Below are positions 1 to 10,643 of a DNA stretch of 64,000 bases, piece after piece. This DNA is from Gloeobacterales cyanobacterium. GTDB taxonomy: Bacteria > Cyanobacteriota > Cyanobacteriia > Gloeobacterales > PMM-0068. Within the stretch, counting starts at the first letter, position 1, and the number at the start of each line of letters is the position of its first letter. The stretch spans positions 32,001 through 96,000 of the forward strand of contig JBBRSB010000008.1 in the NCBI GenBank assembly GCA_038245785.1. Reading direction: 5' to 3'. The notes below the pieces were generated by a model that saw nothing but the letters and a program-made list of their open reading frames with translations, did not search any database and was not told where the DNA came from. The position numbers and the translations under genes were made by a program.

Positions 1-210
1 TCTGTTTCCGAGGTCATGTATCGCCTGGAAGGGCAAGATACAATCTCTCCTGGGCAATCTTTGGAAGAAGCCCTAAAGCGCATCAGAGCAAGGGGTTCGC
101 AGTTCTTGGTGATGGTTCGTCCCAATGGAGAATTTATGGGATTTGTGACTGAAGAGCAGATGCAATCTCATCTGGTTAGACAGTTACAATTTTCTGGAGC
201 CAAAGGCTAG
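1..210 (+). CDS. 3' end of a CBS-domain protein (partial)
   Basis: Open frame from base 1; TISPGQSLEEALKRI...LVMVRPNGEFMGFVTE is CBS-like. Confidence 0.6.
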   Translation, partial: SVSEVMYRLEGQDTISPGQSLEEALKRIRARGSQFLVMVRPNGEFMGFVTEEQMQSHLVRQLQFSGAKG

Positions 211-240
211 AATCAAGCTCCAATAAAGCACTAAGTAAGC

Positions 241-277
241 AAAGCGGGGGTTGCAGATAAAACTACCCCCGCTTTTT
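241..277 (+). terminator. Intrinsic terminator hairpin
   Basis: AAAGCGGGGGT...ACCCCCGCTTTTT just after the stop codon. Confidence 0.7.
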
Positions 278-385
278 GCTGAGGATGCGTACTTCTACGG
301 GCAACACCAATGCTGGAAGCGATGGCCGCTATTATTCTTATGGACCATACGCACTGTTAGCAATCCCTTTCTCCTCGATGGCTCT

Positions 386-1267
386 ATGCAAAAACGATTG
401 ATTCGGCAAGTGAATGCATTTACAAAAACGCCCTTTTCTGGAAATCCGGCGGGTGTTGTTCCCGAAGCCGATGGCCTGACCGATGCTCAGATGCAGCACA
501 TTGCACGAGAGATGAACTGTTCTGAAACGGCTTTTGTTTTAACGCCGAAGAACCCCGAAGCTGACCTAAAAATTCGCTGGTTTACGCCAGCGACTGAAGT
601 TGCCCTCTGCGGTCATGCAACGATAGCCACCTTCCATGTGCTCTCTGAAGAAGAACACTATCGTCTCGGTCCTGGAGCTTCCCAGATTCTTTATTTGGAA
701 ACGGAACAGGTTGGCATCTTGCCAATCACCGTGGATGCTCGTGGACCACGTCCCCAAATCTGGATGACCTTACCTACGCCTAAATTCGTGGAATTAACAG
801 AGCAACAAGTGCAGGCTTTATTGCCGACTCTGGGACTAGAGCGATCAGATTTGTTAGCGATTCCAGTGGTTGTAGATCAAGACCAGGATGTACTTTTAGG
901 GGTGAAAAACTTGAAGTTACTTCATCAACTGAAGCCGCAGATGTCAGAATTAAAAGCTTATAGCTTGGCCCAAAATTTTCGGGGAATCGATGTATTTACG
1001 ATGCAGACTTTAGACCCTGGAAATGACGCCCATGCTCGATTTTTTGGTCCAGCCGTTGGCATTGAAGAAGATCCGGTAACTGGTTCGGTGAGTGGACCTT
1101 TAGCTTATTGGTTACAGGAGCAGGGATTAGTTAAAAAATACATGGTGGCTCTAGAACAAGGAGATATTCTCCATCGTTCAGGCCGCGTCATCGTAGATCT
1201 TTCTGTTGCTCAGCCCCGCATTGGGGGAGAAGCCGTTACGGTTATGAGGGGAGAGTTAGTTTTTTAA
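386..1267 (+). CDS. PhzF-family isomerase/epimerase
   Basis: VNAFT..PFSGNPAGV, EMNCSETAF, EVALCGHAT and EEDPVTGS motifs; start moved to the ATG at 386. Confidence 0.9.
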   Translation: MQKRLIRQVNAFTKTPFSGNPAGVVPEADGLTDAQMQHIAREMNCSETAFVLTPKNPEADLKIRWFTPATEVALCGHATIATFHVLSEEEHYRLGPGASQILYLETEQVGILPITVDARGPRPQIWMTLPTPKFVELTEQQVQALLPTLGLERSDLLAIPVVVDQDQDVLLGVKNLKLLHQLKPQMSELKAYSLAQNFRGIDVFTMQTLDPGNDAHARFFGPAVGIEEDPVTGSVSGPLAYWLQEQGLVKKYMVALEQGDILHRSGRVIVDLSVAQPRIGGEAVTVMRGELVF

Positions 1268-1315
1268 CTTATCCCATCATCAGTAGTTCGGTTTTGCGAC
1301 AGTATGTTGGGTGTA

Positions 1316-1810
1316 TCAGGCAAACCAAAAGCTGTAATAGCTATAGCACAAGATAGCAAACCAAAATGAGCTTCCCAACCAATACGAGGTGGTGTCATGC
1401 TTACCTCTCCCTTCTTCTAAGGCTAGCCCTTCGCTATATTCTTCAATAGTCATGGTCATACTTCTAGAGTGTAAGTTTTTGCGCCGCTCATGCACTTCAA
1501 CTCGATACGGTTCATGCTGATTAAAGACCATCCACAGAAATATTATGAGCGCAACCGTTCTTAAGGAATGATTGGGAATTGCTAATGTCCCTATAGCCAG
1601 TCCAGCAAGCTCTAACGCTCTTTCATCATTGTGGGAGAGAGATAATAGATTAAAAGCCGTCTGAGGTAGATGTAGCCTATGGTTGAGCCCCAAAAATGAT
1701 ACCAGCAGCGCAATAATCTCGCTGCACGCCAACCGTATCAAGGTAGTCAGTAAGCCAAAGAGCCTTTTGGCAGTGGGTATGCTGGGGCGATAGCTTCAAA
1801 AGTCAATCAT
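1316..1810 (-). pseudogene. Hypothetical membrane protein, probable nonsense codon near the start
   Basis: ATG at 1810 is in frame with the hydrophobic ORF but is followed by TGA at 1796-1798. Confidence 0.35.
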
Positions 1811-1946
1811 AGCTGAGTGCTAGATGCTTAACTGTCGTGACTATCTAACATCAAAATCTGGGTTTCAGCTATGAAGAAGTAACTTCACTCCCTTTACCCC
1901 TGGTAGAAACAGCTGCATATTAGAGATAGCTTAGAGGATTTAAGCA

Positions 1947-2213
1947 ATGTCGATCGCCCTGACACCTACTCAAGAACAGTTGCTCGATCGCCTTATTCGC
2001 ACAGGTCGCTACAGCAGTGCTGCAGAGGTGCTGAGTGCCGCATTACAACTGCTTGAAGAACAAGAGCAGCACTATGAGCAATGGCTGGAGGAGACACGGC
2101 AAAAAGTCCAGGTTGGAATTGATGAGTTGGATCGCGGCGAAGGCTTGGATGGCGAAGTTGTGATCCAGCGATTGCGCGAGAAATTGCGGAATGCCCGTGC
2201 ATCAGATTTATGA
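1947..2213 (+). CDS. ParD-like antitoxin (RHH, CC2985 type)
   Basis: GRYSSAAEVLSAALQLL motif; overlaps the downstream toxin. Confidence 0.85.
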   Translation: MSIALTPTQEQLLDRLIRTGRYSSAAEVLSAALQLLEEQEQHYEQWLEETRQKVQVGIDELDRGEGLDGEVVIQRLREKLRNARASDL

Positions 2214-2521
2214 ACCGCTACATTATTTCGCCAATCGCCAGCCGAGATCTAGAAGAAATCATCGACTACTTTACAAAACAGGATATCGATGCTGGAGAAC
2301 GCTTCGTTGCGGAGTTCAACAAAAAATGTCGTAATCTGATGCAGTTCCCGAACCTGGGACGAAGTTATGCTGATCTTGCACCTTTGCTTAGAGGCATTTC
2401 TCTGGAAAAATACATCATCTTTATCTTTTACAAACCTGCTAACGATAGAATTGAAATCGTTCGGGTAGTAAGTGGTTATCGAGATTTGCCTGCATTGTTT
2501 TCGCTACCGGATGCCCCATGA
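2210..2521 (+). CDS. ParE/RelE-family toxin
   Basis: ASRDLEEIIDY...FPNLGRS...IEIVRVVSG; ATGA overlap with the antitoxin. Confidence 0.85.
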   Translation: MNRYIISPIASRDLEEIIDYFTKQDIDAGERFVAEFNKKCRNLMQFPNLGRSYADLAPLLRGISLEKYIIFIFYKPANDRIEIVRVVSGYRDLPALFSLPDAP

Positions 2522-2646
2522 TGGTATTTGTTGCAGCTTATAAATCCAGCGGATAGGAGAGTAAAAGGGATTTAGGCTTCCTGAGCGTCAGCCGAACGGG
2601 GGTGCAGCCTTCCCGAAGGATGGGGGATCTCGAATTGCAAGAGAAC

Positions 2647-3708
2647 TCAACAAATACGCGGTAATTGTTCACCGCTTAACATATCAACGATGCGTCGGGT
2701 GCCGATTCTACTGCGCATGGTCACAAGCGGTTGAGCGCCGACCTTCGTTTCCACGCGGCCAATTAGGCAAGCCTCCCTACCCAAAGGATGGGAACGAAGA
2801 ATCGCCAAGGCTCGTTCCGCCTCAGCCTCTGGAACGAAAGCAACGAACCTTCCCTCATTGGCGACATAGAGAGGATCTAAGCCCAGAATCTCACAGGCCC
2901 CTTGGACATCTTCACGCACAGGAATAAGGTTTTCAGCGATGGTAATTGTGATACCAGCGGCCTCGGCAATTTCATTTAAAGCACTGGATAAACCGCCACG
3001 GGTCAAGTCTCGCATACAGTGAATTTCAATCCGGGCAGCGAGTAGTTCTAATACCAGACTGGCAAGCGGTGCTGAATCACTTTCAATCGTGCTCTCAAAG
3101 GCCAATCCCTCTCTAACCGCCATAATGGCGATGCCGTGACGCCCAATATCTCCATTCAGCAGCAGAACATCCCCTGGCTGGACACTCCGAGGTTCTATCC
3201 GTTGAGTATGTTCGACGATGCCAATGCCAGCAGTGTTGATAAAAATGCCATCTCCTTTGCCCCTATCCACCACCTTGGTATCGCCCGTAATAATCTGCAC
3301 GTTGGCTTTCTGGGCAGCGTGCTGCATTGATTGCACTACCCGCCAAAGGGTCTCCATCGGCAGCCCTTCTTCCACGATGAATCCAGCACTGAGATAAAGC
3401 GGACGCGCTCCGCTCATCGCTAAATCATTAACCGTGCCGTTCACTGCGAGCGAACCAATATCACCGCCTGGGAAAAAGAGCGGTTGAACGACATAGGAAT
3501 CGGTTGTAAAAGCAAATCGTCCACCCTGGAGGTTGAGCGTAGCGGAGTCATGGCGGGCCGAAAGCATCGGATTGCCAAACGTTGGCACAAACATTTCTTC
3601 AATCAACTGATGCATCAACTTCCCACCCCCCCCATGAGCCATCAAAATCTGGGGATAGCGCTCAATCGGGATAGGACAAGACAAGGAAAAGTCTTCGTTT
3701 TTTTCCAT
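2647..3708 (-). CDS. hypE: Hydrogenase maturation carbamoyl dehydratase HypE
   Basis: [31 protein letters not shown] and C-terminal LPRIC. Confidence 0.97.
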   Translation of the reverse strand: MEKNEDFSLSCPIPIERYPQILMAHGGGGKLMHQLIEEMFVPTFGNPMLSARHDSATLNLQGGRFAFTTDSYVVQPLFFPGGDIGSLAVNGTVNDLAMSGARPLYLSAGFIVEEGLPMETLWRVVQSMQHAAQKANVQIITGDTKVVDRGKGDGIFINTAGIGIVEHTQRIEPRSVQPGDVLLLNGDIGRHGIAIMAVREGLAFESTIESDSAPLASLVLELLAARIEIHCMRDLTRGGLSSALNEIAEAAGITITIAENLIPVREDVQGACEILGLDPLYVANEGRFVAFVPEAEAERALAILRSHPLGREACLIGRVETKVGAQPLVTMRSRIGTRRIVDMLSGEQLPRIC

Positions 3709-4202
3709 TACTGGTCATCGAGCTGCTTGGGCGTCATCAACCAAGCAAGTTTTCCGGTATTGTCCTGGATCTCCTCCCAGTGGTCAACCTGAAACTCTAT
3801 ACATGCCACCGCAGCCGTAGGCATTTGTCTATAGGCTCCAGTCAATTGCTCGACCAATTCTTCAAAGCCTGGATTGTGTCCTACCAGCAGCACACAGGAA
3901 CTCCTGTCAGGGATCAGTCGCATGAGGGCGAGCAATTGATCCGAAGACGCACCGTAGAGGCTTTCGTCAAATTGAGGACTAAGGTCCAGTTGAGCCACTT
4001 GGATAACCGCTTCAATCGTCTCTTTGGCCCGAACCGCCGGTGAAGCAATGATTAGATCCGGCAGAAGCTTACGTTTTTTAAGCTCTTTTCCGATGCGTGG
4101 AGCGTCTTTTCTACCACGCGGTGCCAGAGGACGGTCAAAATCGAGCAATCCAAGATCATCCCGGCTCGATTTTGCATGGCGCAGAAGCAAGAGAGTTTTC
4201 AT
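3708..4202 (-). CDS. sixA: SixA-like phosphohistidine phosphatase
   Basis: [19 protein letters not shown]. Confidence 0.85.
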   Translation of the reverse strand: MKTLLLLRHAKSSRDDLGLLDFDRPLAPRGRKDAPRIGKELKKRKLLPDLIIASPAVRAKETIEAVIQVAQLDLSPQFDESLYGASSDQLLALMRLIPDRSSCVLLVGHNPGFEELVEQLTGAYRQMPTAAVACIEFQVDHWEEIQDNTGKLAWLMTPKQLDDQ

Positions 4203-4238
4203 GGGTACCCCTTAGAATTCAGTTAGTTACTGATAGCG

Positions 4239-4481
4239 TTATGACTCAAGTTCAGGAGGCTCTGCGAGCAGATTCTTTTTCGAAAGCTTTAGCTCTTTCC
4301 ACAACTTACGGATTTCAGCATACGCATCCTCTGCCGAGAGCTTATCTCCTGTTTGTAAAGCACAGAGCAGGTCAACCTTATTGGCAAATTCCTGCAAGTT
4401 GGCATTGAACATGTACTGGGCGAGCGTGGGCTCTCCCTGATAGGAGGCGAGAGGATTAAAAAACTCATCTTTGATGTTCAT
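4239..4481 (-). CDS. Small conserved cyanobacterial protein
   Basis: FNANLQEFA..V...CAL.T..K....AY..I..LWK.LK pattern; start chosen at MNIKD. Confidence 0.7.
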   Translation of the reverse strand: MNIKDEFFNPLASYQGEPTLAQYMFNANLQEFANKVDLLCALQTGDKLSAEDAYAEIRKLWKELKLSKKNLLAEPPELES

Positions 4482-4629
4482 AAACATAAAACTAGATGAA
4501 AGTGTCAGCCTCATCCTAGCTTTCTCCCGATAGCTTGACACATTTACATTCCTCAATCTGTTTGGTCGGGTAGTCACGACTTTGTCTATAGTGATAACCT
4601 TTCAGGCTTTAGCCTCAATGTTAAACCTG

Positions 4630-4661
4630 CTCACAAGTTCTTCAAATTGTTGTTCTACTAT
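4630..4661 (+). promoter_or_regulatory. Shared promoter motif, copy 1 (towards pyk)
   Basis: CTCACAAGTTCTTCA-N11-TACTAT. Confidence 0.7.
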
Positions 4662-5049
4662 AGGGCATGTAAAAAACAGGAAATACATCTTATAAAAATA
4701 TTACAATTTATCGATTCTTAACTTTTTGGATAATCTTCTCTTAACCTTTAACCTTTTCACTTAGGAATTCTATCTTCTCTACAGAGAAAAGTTTATTGTT
4801 ACAATTCATGCGCTTTCTAGCTATACAGCAATCGCTTAGGAAGTTACGATCTAAGCTACTGCTAAAGATAGATTGATTTCATATTTTTACATACTAGGAT
4901 GAGGGGCGGACTTTTAAGACAGGGCTAATCTTATAGCTAAACCTACGACAGAACTGCCCCCTAAAAAAGCACCACTTCCTCAGTCGGTTGGTCAACAATC
5001 ATCGACGGTTGTATTGACTGATTTTGAACAGATCTTTCGAGAGGCATTT

Positions 5050-6576
5050 ATGTCAACTCCTACCGTAGAAAACAAGCAAGAAAACCTCTGCGATTATTCC
5101 CAGATGGATCTCTCAGATCCCCAGATCCTGCTAAACACCCTACAACAGTTGCGCCAGTTAGTTGTTCAAGAGGGAGACGAAATTTTTGATCAGTGGCAAT
5201 CACACATCCAGCGACAAGCATTTCTCAAGAGCGGTCTGAATCTTTCCTACTATTTGGCATTGCGGCGACACGATTTGCGCCCGCTCCAAATGGCTTTAAC
5301 TCCTTGGGGATTATCTTCTCTAGGGCGACTCGAAGCCCGTGTCTTGCCCAATCTCGATGCCGTCATTGCCACGCTGCAATCCGTGTCTCAGACCGATGCG
5401 GATTCGAGAGTTAGCCGTCCTTCAATCGAGGCATTCTTTGAAGGAGATCATTTACTGGAGCAACATACAAAAGATCTGTTTGGCAAGCGCTTGAGCAATC
5501 GTCGGGTCAGAATCATGGTCACCTTGCCAACAGAGGCGGCGAGTGATTATGAGTTCGTGCGGAATCTGATCCAGAGAGGAACGGATTGTGCCCGCATTAA
5601 TTGCGCCCATGATTCGGTTGCCGAGTGGTCAGTCATGGTTGATCATATCCATCAGGCAGAAGCTGAAACGGGAATTTCCTGCAAAATTCTGATGGATCTC
5701 GGTGGACCGAAACCGCGCATCGGCATAGTAATTGCGCCAGATTCTAAACAACTCATCTTTCGGGGCGACTCGCTCCTACTTACCCGTGACCTGCCGACAA
5801 CCAATGACTCTGACAGTTTCCAGGCAAATTGCACATTGCCTGAAGTGCTGGATCAGCTTCAAGTCAACACTAGAGTTTGGATTGATGATGGTCATATTGG
5901 TGCGTATGTTGAGTCGATCAGCGATAGAGGGGTATTGCTACGCATCACCGATGCCGCTTTGAAAGGGAGTAAACTTCGCCCTGACAAAGGACTCAACTTC
6001 CCCGATACCCATCTCAAGCTCTGTCCGCTCACCGATAAAGATTACCAAGACCTCGATTTTGTCGCGACCCATGCCGATATTGTGGGCTACTCTTTTGTTC
6101 AAGAAGCTGCAGATATTGAACTATTGCAGCGGGAGTTATCGGCTCGATGTTCACAAGTCCCAGCAATCGTGGCCAAGATCGAAACTCTGCAAGCGGTGCG
6201 CCATCTTCCAGAATTGATTGTGCAAGCGGCGGGCCAGCAGCCCTTTGGCATCATGATTGCGCGAGGCGATCTGGCCGTGGAGATTGGCTACCAACGACTT
6301 GCCGAAATCCAGGAAGAGATTCTCTGGCTGTGTGAGGCGGCTCATGTACCCGTAATCTGGGCAACTCAAGTATTAGAAACGCTCGTAAAGAAGGGAATTC
6401 CTTCCCGCGCTGAAATGACGGATGCTGCCATGTCGGAACGGGCAGAGTGCGTCATGCTCAATAAGGGTCCGTTTGTTGCGGAAGCCATCACGATCTTAGA
6501 CGACGTTTTGACGCGCATGCAGGAGCATCAGATGAAGAAAACTCCTCAATTACGTGCGCTACATGCTTGGAGATAG
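5050..6576 (+). CDS. pyk: Pyruvate kinase (variant with N-terminal extension, no C-terminal regulatory domain)
   Basis: ARINCAHD, MDLGGPK, KIET, MIARGDLAVE, ATQVLE, CVMLNKG. Confidence 0.9.
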   Translation: MSTPTVENKQENLCDYSQMDLSDPQILLNTLQQLRQLVVQEGDEIFDQWQSHIQRQAFLKSGLNLSYYLALRRHDLRPLQMALTPWGLSSLGRLEARVLPNLDAVIATLQSVSQTDADSRVSRPSIEAFFEGDHLLEQHTKDLFGKRLSNRRVRIMVTLPTEAASDYEFVRNLIQRGTDCARINCAHDSVAEWSVMVDHIHQAEAETGISCKILMDLGGPKPRIGIVIAPDSKQLIFRGDSLLLTRDLPTTNDSDSFQANCTLPEVLDQLQVNTRVWIDDGHIGAYVESISDRGVLLRITDAALKGSKLRPDKGLNFPDTHLKLCPLTDKDYQDLDFVATHADIVGYSFVQEAADIELLQRELSARCSQVPAIVAKIETLQAVRHLPELIVQAAGQQPFGIMIARGDLAVEIGYQRLAEIQEEILWLCEAAHVPVIWATQVLETLVKKGIPSRAEMTDAAMSERAECVMLNKGPFVAEAITILDDVLTRMQEHQMKKTPQLRALHAWR

Positions 6577-6587
6577 ATCTTGGAACG

Positions 6588-6989
6588 CTATGGGAACAAG
6601 TCCAAACGGATCCAGAGTTGTCGCGCTACACGTTGAGTCCGACTGTTCATTTCTAAACAGATGGTTGTTACTCTTCCAATTGGTGTTGTACCTGCAAGCC
6701 AGCCGGATTCCGTATTTGTCTGAAAATAGTCACTTCATTCATCGGCTCTAGGGTTGAACAAACGGATTTCAGTTTGAGTTTCAGAATCATTCCCCGTGAG
6801 CTATGTGCCTTTGCGGAGGTTACAAGAGCGACAGGCGAGGGCTAGATTCGATTCAGCATCAGCCTCACCTCGGCTGATTGGGATAATATGCTCTACTTCA
6901 AAGGGAAAATTGAAGACCAGTTCAGGCGCATGGCAATATTCACAGTGATGAGCAGCACGATCGGCAATCCGAGTGTAAAGCGGATTCAT
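6588..6989 (-). pseudogene. HNH endonuclease with two nonsense codons
   Basis: CEYC..EVEHIIP..NLALACRSCN; frame continues past TAG 6801-6803 and TGA 6735-6737 as RLFNPR...GTTPIGRVT...LFP*. Confidence 0.8.
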
Positions 6990-7348
6990 GGATTCAGTTG
7001 TTGCACTAAGGCGGCGGATCGGGCTGTCGCGGCTTTCAATTCAGCTTCAACCAGGCTATCCAACTCTGTTTGTTGCTCTGAAGGCAGGGTTTCGCCTCGA
7101 TCTCGTGTGGCTCGCCAGAGGTCCATGAGTTCTGATAATCGCTTTTGCTGCACAGCACTAAAGAACCAGTCAGCACGGAAGCTTTGAATCACCATGAGCG
7201 TATCAAATTCATCACTGTCTAACTGAGCAGCTAGAGCGTCCAACGCTTCACCCGCAGTTTTGCCAAGCGATTTCTTATCTCCAGCAATCGCTTGATAAAT
7301 CCGTTCTCCATTTGCATCCGAAGTGGGTAAAATCGCAACCGTAGTCAT
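6986..7348 (-). CDS. Hypothetical partner (putative antitoxin) of the HNH gene
   Basis: ATGA overlap with HNH; QQKRLSELM...EQQTELDSLVEAE. Confidence 0.65.
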   Translation of the reverse strand: MTTVAILPTSDANGERIYQAIAGDKKSLGKTAGEALDALAAQLDSDEFDTLMVIQSFRADWFFSAVQQKRLSELMDLWRATRDRGETLPSEQQTELDSLVEAELKAATARSAALVQQLNP

Positions 7349-7446
7349 AAGTTCATGTACGCCTTTTGCTTCGCCATTATTATAGTTGACTCAATCTTAC
7401 CAGACCCTGTGCAGACCTCCTCCTCGCCAGTGAAGTTCAGGTTCTT

Positions 7447-8529
7447 CTATTGCCGATAGCGATAGTAGGCAGCACAGGCTCCCTCTGAAGAAACCATCGG
7501 GGCCCCCAAGGGATTCTCCGGTGTGCAGCGGTTACCAAAGGCAGGACATTCATAAGGTTTTTTTATCCCTTGCAACACAAGTCCACTGATACATTCTGAT
7601 TCCTGCTGATTAGGCTCTACCTCGATTTCAAAGCGATGTTCTGCATCGAATTCAGCATATTTTTCACGCAACCCTAACCCACTTGCAGAAATCTCTCCAA
7701 TCCCACGCCACTGACGAGGGACTATTTCAAATACTTCACGCATTAGTTGTTGCGCTGTTTCATTTCCCAGGCGACGGACAGAACGGGCATATTGATTCTC
7801 TACTTGCGCTATTCCTGACTCTAGTTGCTTGATGCACAGATATATTCCTTGCAGAATATCTAAGGGTTCAAAACCTGTAACGACAATAGGAACTTGATAT
7901 TTTTGGACAATCGGTTCGTACTCGCTATATCCCATTACGGCACAGACATGTCCAGCCGCTAAAAATCCTTGAATACAGTTATTAGGGGAAGAAAGAATCG
8001 CTTCTATGGCAGGAGGAACAAGGACATGAGATACCAGCATCGAGAAGTTTTTAAGATCCTGCTGGTGAGCTTGATAAACAGTCATCGCCGTGGCAGGAGC
8101 GGTAGTCTCAAATCCGACGGCAAAGAAGACCACCTGCTTGTCAGGATGAGCTTGGGCAATTTTGAGGGCATCCAGCGGTGAGTACACTATACGAATATCA
8201 CCACCCCTGGCTTTAACAGTAAGCAGGTCTTTCTCTGAACCCGGTACCCGCAACATGTCCCCAAAAGAGCAGAGGATAATTTCCGCTCGTTCAGCAAGAG
8301 CGATCGCCTTATCAATCAATTCAATAGAGGTGACACAGACGGGGCAACCAGGACCATGAATGAGATTGACTTCTTTGGGTAACAACTCATCCAAGCCAAA
8401 TTTCACAATTGAATGCGTCTGTCCGCCACAGACTTCCATGATCTTCCAGGACTGAGTTGTAATCTGGGCGATAGCCTGGGCATATTGTTGCGCTGATTGA
8501 GCATCACGGTATTCATCTACAAATTTCAT
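7447..8529 (-). CDS. hypD: Hydrogenase maturation protein HypD
   Basis: [29 protein letters not shown]. Confidence 0.97.
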   Translation of the reverse strand: MKFVDEYRDAQSAQQYAQAIAQITTQSWKIMEVCGGQTHSIVKFGLDELLPKEVNLIHGPGCPVCVTSIELIDKAIALAERAEIILCSFGDMLRVPGSEKDLLTVKARGGDIRIVYSPLDALKIAQAHPDKQVVFFAVGFETTAPATAMTVYQAHQQDLKNFSMLVSHVLVPPAIEAILSSPNNCIQGFLAAGHVCAVMGYSEYEPIVQKYQVPIVVTGFEPLDILQGIYLCIKQLESGIAQVENQYARSVRRLGNETAQQLMREVFEIVPRQWRGIGEISASGLGLREKYAEFDAEHRFEIEVEPNQQESECISGLVLQGIKKPYECPAFGNRCTPENPLGAPMVSSEGACAAYYRYRQ

Positions 8530-8544
8530 AGCGTTGTCCGTCTA

Positions 8545-9621
8545 TTAGCCCGCAAGATCACCCACATAGATGCCCAAGGCTTGGGCCGTTTGAATAAGAA
8601 AATTATGGGGGTCCACGGGCAGTGGGCTCTGCTCGATTACTTCTTTTAGCGGCACATCCACAACCTGTCCATTTTGCCAAGCGACCATGCGGTCATATTT
8701 CTCTTGAGCAATAAGGTCTACTGCCGCTTTGCCAAAGGTTGCTGCCACCAAACGGTCTAAAGCTGAGGGGATGCCTCCCCTTTGCGTGTGGCCCAAGACA
8801 GTTACCCGGACTTCCGGCTTAGTCTCTAAACCACTCTGCTTAATCTGGTCAGCAATATAGTGTCCAATTCCGTCTAGATGAAGTCTTTCCTTCTCTTTTT
8901 CGAGTAGTATTCCTGGATTTGGTTTCACCCCTTCTGCGACCACAATCATCGCAAATTCCCGTCCCCATTTATCCCTCAGCTCTGCGATGTGACGATACAC
9001 CTGGTCCAGCGAATAAGGGATTTCAGGGATCAAAATGGCATCTGCGCCCCCGGCAATCCCCGCGTGCAGGGCGAGATACCCAGCTTGTCGGCCCATGACC
9101 TCCACAATCATTACCCGGTCATGACTGGCTGCCGTGTAGGTCAAGCGAAAGAGGGAATCGGTAACGGTATTGACAGCGGTATCAAACCCCAGAGAGCGCT
9201 CAGTAAGCGCTACATCATTATCAATTGTCTTCGGTACAGCTACCAGATTCCAGCCCCCTGCTTGAGCAAGCTGGCGAAAAATTTTTAAACTGCCATCGCC
9301 ACCAATCGCAATCAAAGCATCTAGTTCCAAAGCCCGGTAGCCTTCTGTGACCGCTTCATCGAAAGGGTCTCCGCCGCTGACCGTTCCCAGAAAAGTTCCA
9401 CCCATACTGAGCAAGGGGTCTATGCCATGAATATCCATACCGTGCAGCGTCAAGGCAGCGGTTTTGGGAGGACGGGCACGTAGCCCTTGGGTGGCATGGG
9501 AAATACCGATTACATCCCAGTCGTAGGTTAGCTTGGCGTGATAGACCACCGCCCGAATCACGCCATTCAATCCAGGACAATCTCCTCCACTGGTAAGAAT
9601 GCCAATTCGTTTATGTCCCAT
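8545..9621 (-). CDS. pfkA: 6-phosphofructokinase (PfkA family)
   Basis: TSGGDCPGLN, GGDGS, PKTIDND, EVMGR, LGHTQRGG. Confidence 0.95.
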   Translation of the reverse strand: MGHKRIGILTSGGDCPGLNGVIRAVVYHAKLTYDWDVIGISHATQGLRARPPKTAALTLHGMDIHGIDPLLSMGGTFLGTVSGGDPFDEAVTEGYRALELDALIAIGGDGSLKIFRQLAQAGGWNLVAVPKTIDNDVALTERSLGFDTAVNTVTDSLFRLTYTAASHDRVMIVEVMGRQAGYLALHAGIAGGADAILIPEIPYSLDQVYRHIAELRDKWGREFAMIVVAEGVKPNPGILLEKEKERLHLDGIGHYIADQIKQSGLETKPEVRVTVLGHTQRGGIPSALDRLVAATFGKAAVDLIAQEKYDRMVAWQNGQVVDVPLKEVIEQSPLPVDPHNFLIQTAQALGIYVGDLAG

Positions 9622-9647
9622 CGAATCTCCCCACACAGGTTAGTTAT

Positions 9648-10643
9648 TTAAACAGGTCTGTAGCTCTGGAGCGCACGCGTATACTGGGCCCGCTCGAAGG
9701 CACTCGGGTCTGGGCAATTTTTCTGACTCATACTCCCCTGCAACTGCCGAACGGAGCTATATTCATGCTCCTCCATCCAAGCTTGCATTTCCTCTTCAAT
9801 CACCCGAATCTGACTAATGCCATGCCTGAGAAGCACCGAACAAAGCATGGTGACTTGAGCCCCGGCCATGAGCATCTTCAGGGCATCGGTAGCTTTATGA
9901 ATGCCGCTGGTAGCCGCTAAATCAGTCTGAAGGTGGCCATAGAGAATGGCAATCCAACGCAAAGGTAAACGCATGGAATGGGGCGTACTCAAAAGTACAT
10001 TCGGCTCGACTTCCAGGGTTTCAAGGTTGATATCCGGCTGATAAAAACGATTGAACAGCACCAGAGCATTGGCGCCTGCTGCATCCAGACGCTTAGCCAT
10101 GTGGGCCATATTGCTGAAATATGGACTGAGTTTGACGGCGACAGGAATCGTCACCACCGATTTGACCGCTTTCAGGATATCCAGATAGGTCTGCTCAACT
10201 CCTTCCCCGGTCAATTCCATATCCGTAGGGACATAGTAGATATTCAGTTCCAGGGCATCGGCCCCGGCTTGCTCAATTTGGCGGGCATAGTCTGTCCAAC
10301 CGCCGACGGTCGAACCATTGAGACTGGCGATGATTGGAATGTCTACCGATGCTTTCGCTCTCTGAATATGTTCTAAATACTCTTCCGGTCCAACATGGAA
10401 TAGGGCAGGTTCTGGAAAATAGGTCAGCGATTCCGCAAAACTTTCTGTTCCATAGGTCAAATGATGGTGTAGTTCATAGCGTTCAAGACGCAACTGCTCT
10501 TCAAAGAGCGAATGCATGACCACGGCTGCTGCCCCTGCTGCTTCCATCCGCTTGATATTGTCGATTTCTTCTGAAAGTGGAGAAGCCGAGGGCACAAGGG
10601 GCGTACGCAACGTTAAGCCCATATAGGTCGTTGTTAGATTCAT
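9648..10643 (-). CDS. Dihydroorotate dehydrogenase-like flavoprotein
   Basis: [33 protein letters not shown]; directly downstream of nifJ. Confidence 0.88.
   Translation of the reverse strand: MNLTTTYMGLTLRTPLVPSASPLSEEIDNIKRMEAAGAAAVVMHSLFEEQLRLERYELHHHLTYGTESFAESLTYFPEPALFHVGPEEYLEHIQRAKASVDIPIIASLNGSTVGGWTDYARQIEQAGADALELNIYYVPTDMELTGEGVEQTYLDILKAVKSVVTIPVAVKLSPYFSNMAHMAKRLDAAGANALVLFNRFYQPDINLETLEVEPNVLLSTPHSMRLPLRWIAILYGHLQTDLAATSGIHKATDALKMLMAGAQVTMLCSVLLRHGISQIRVIEEEMQAWMEEHEYSSVRQLQGSMSQKNCPDPSAFERAQYTRALQSYRPV

Noticed and set aside
1270..1950. Duplicated tRNA-Ser 3' end (att site) at the left boundary
   Set aside because: No copy of the tRNA 3' sequence was found by eye, and there is no integrase in the window.
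4630..4644. TCACA in the shared motif as a CRP/FNR half-site
   Set aside because: No correctly spaced TGTGA/TTGAT partner half-site in the copies examined.
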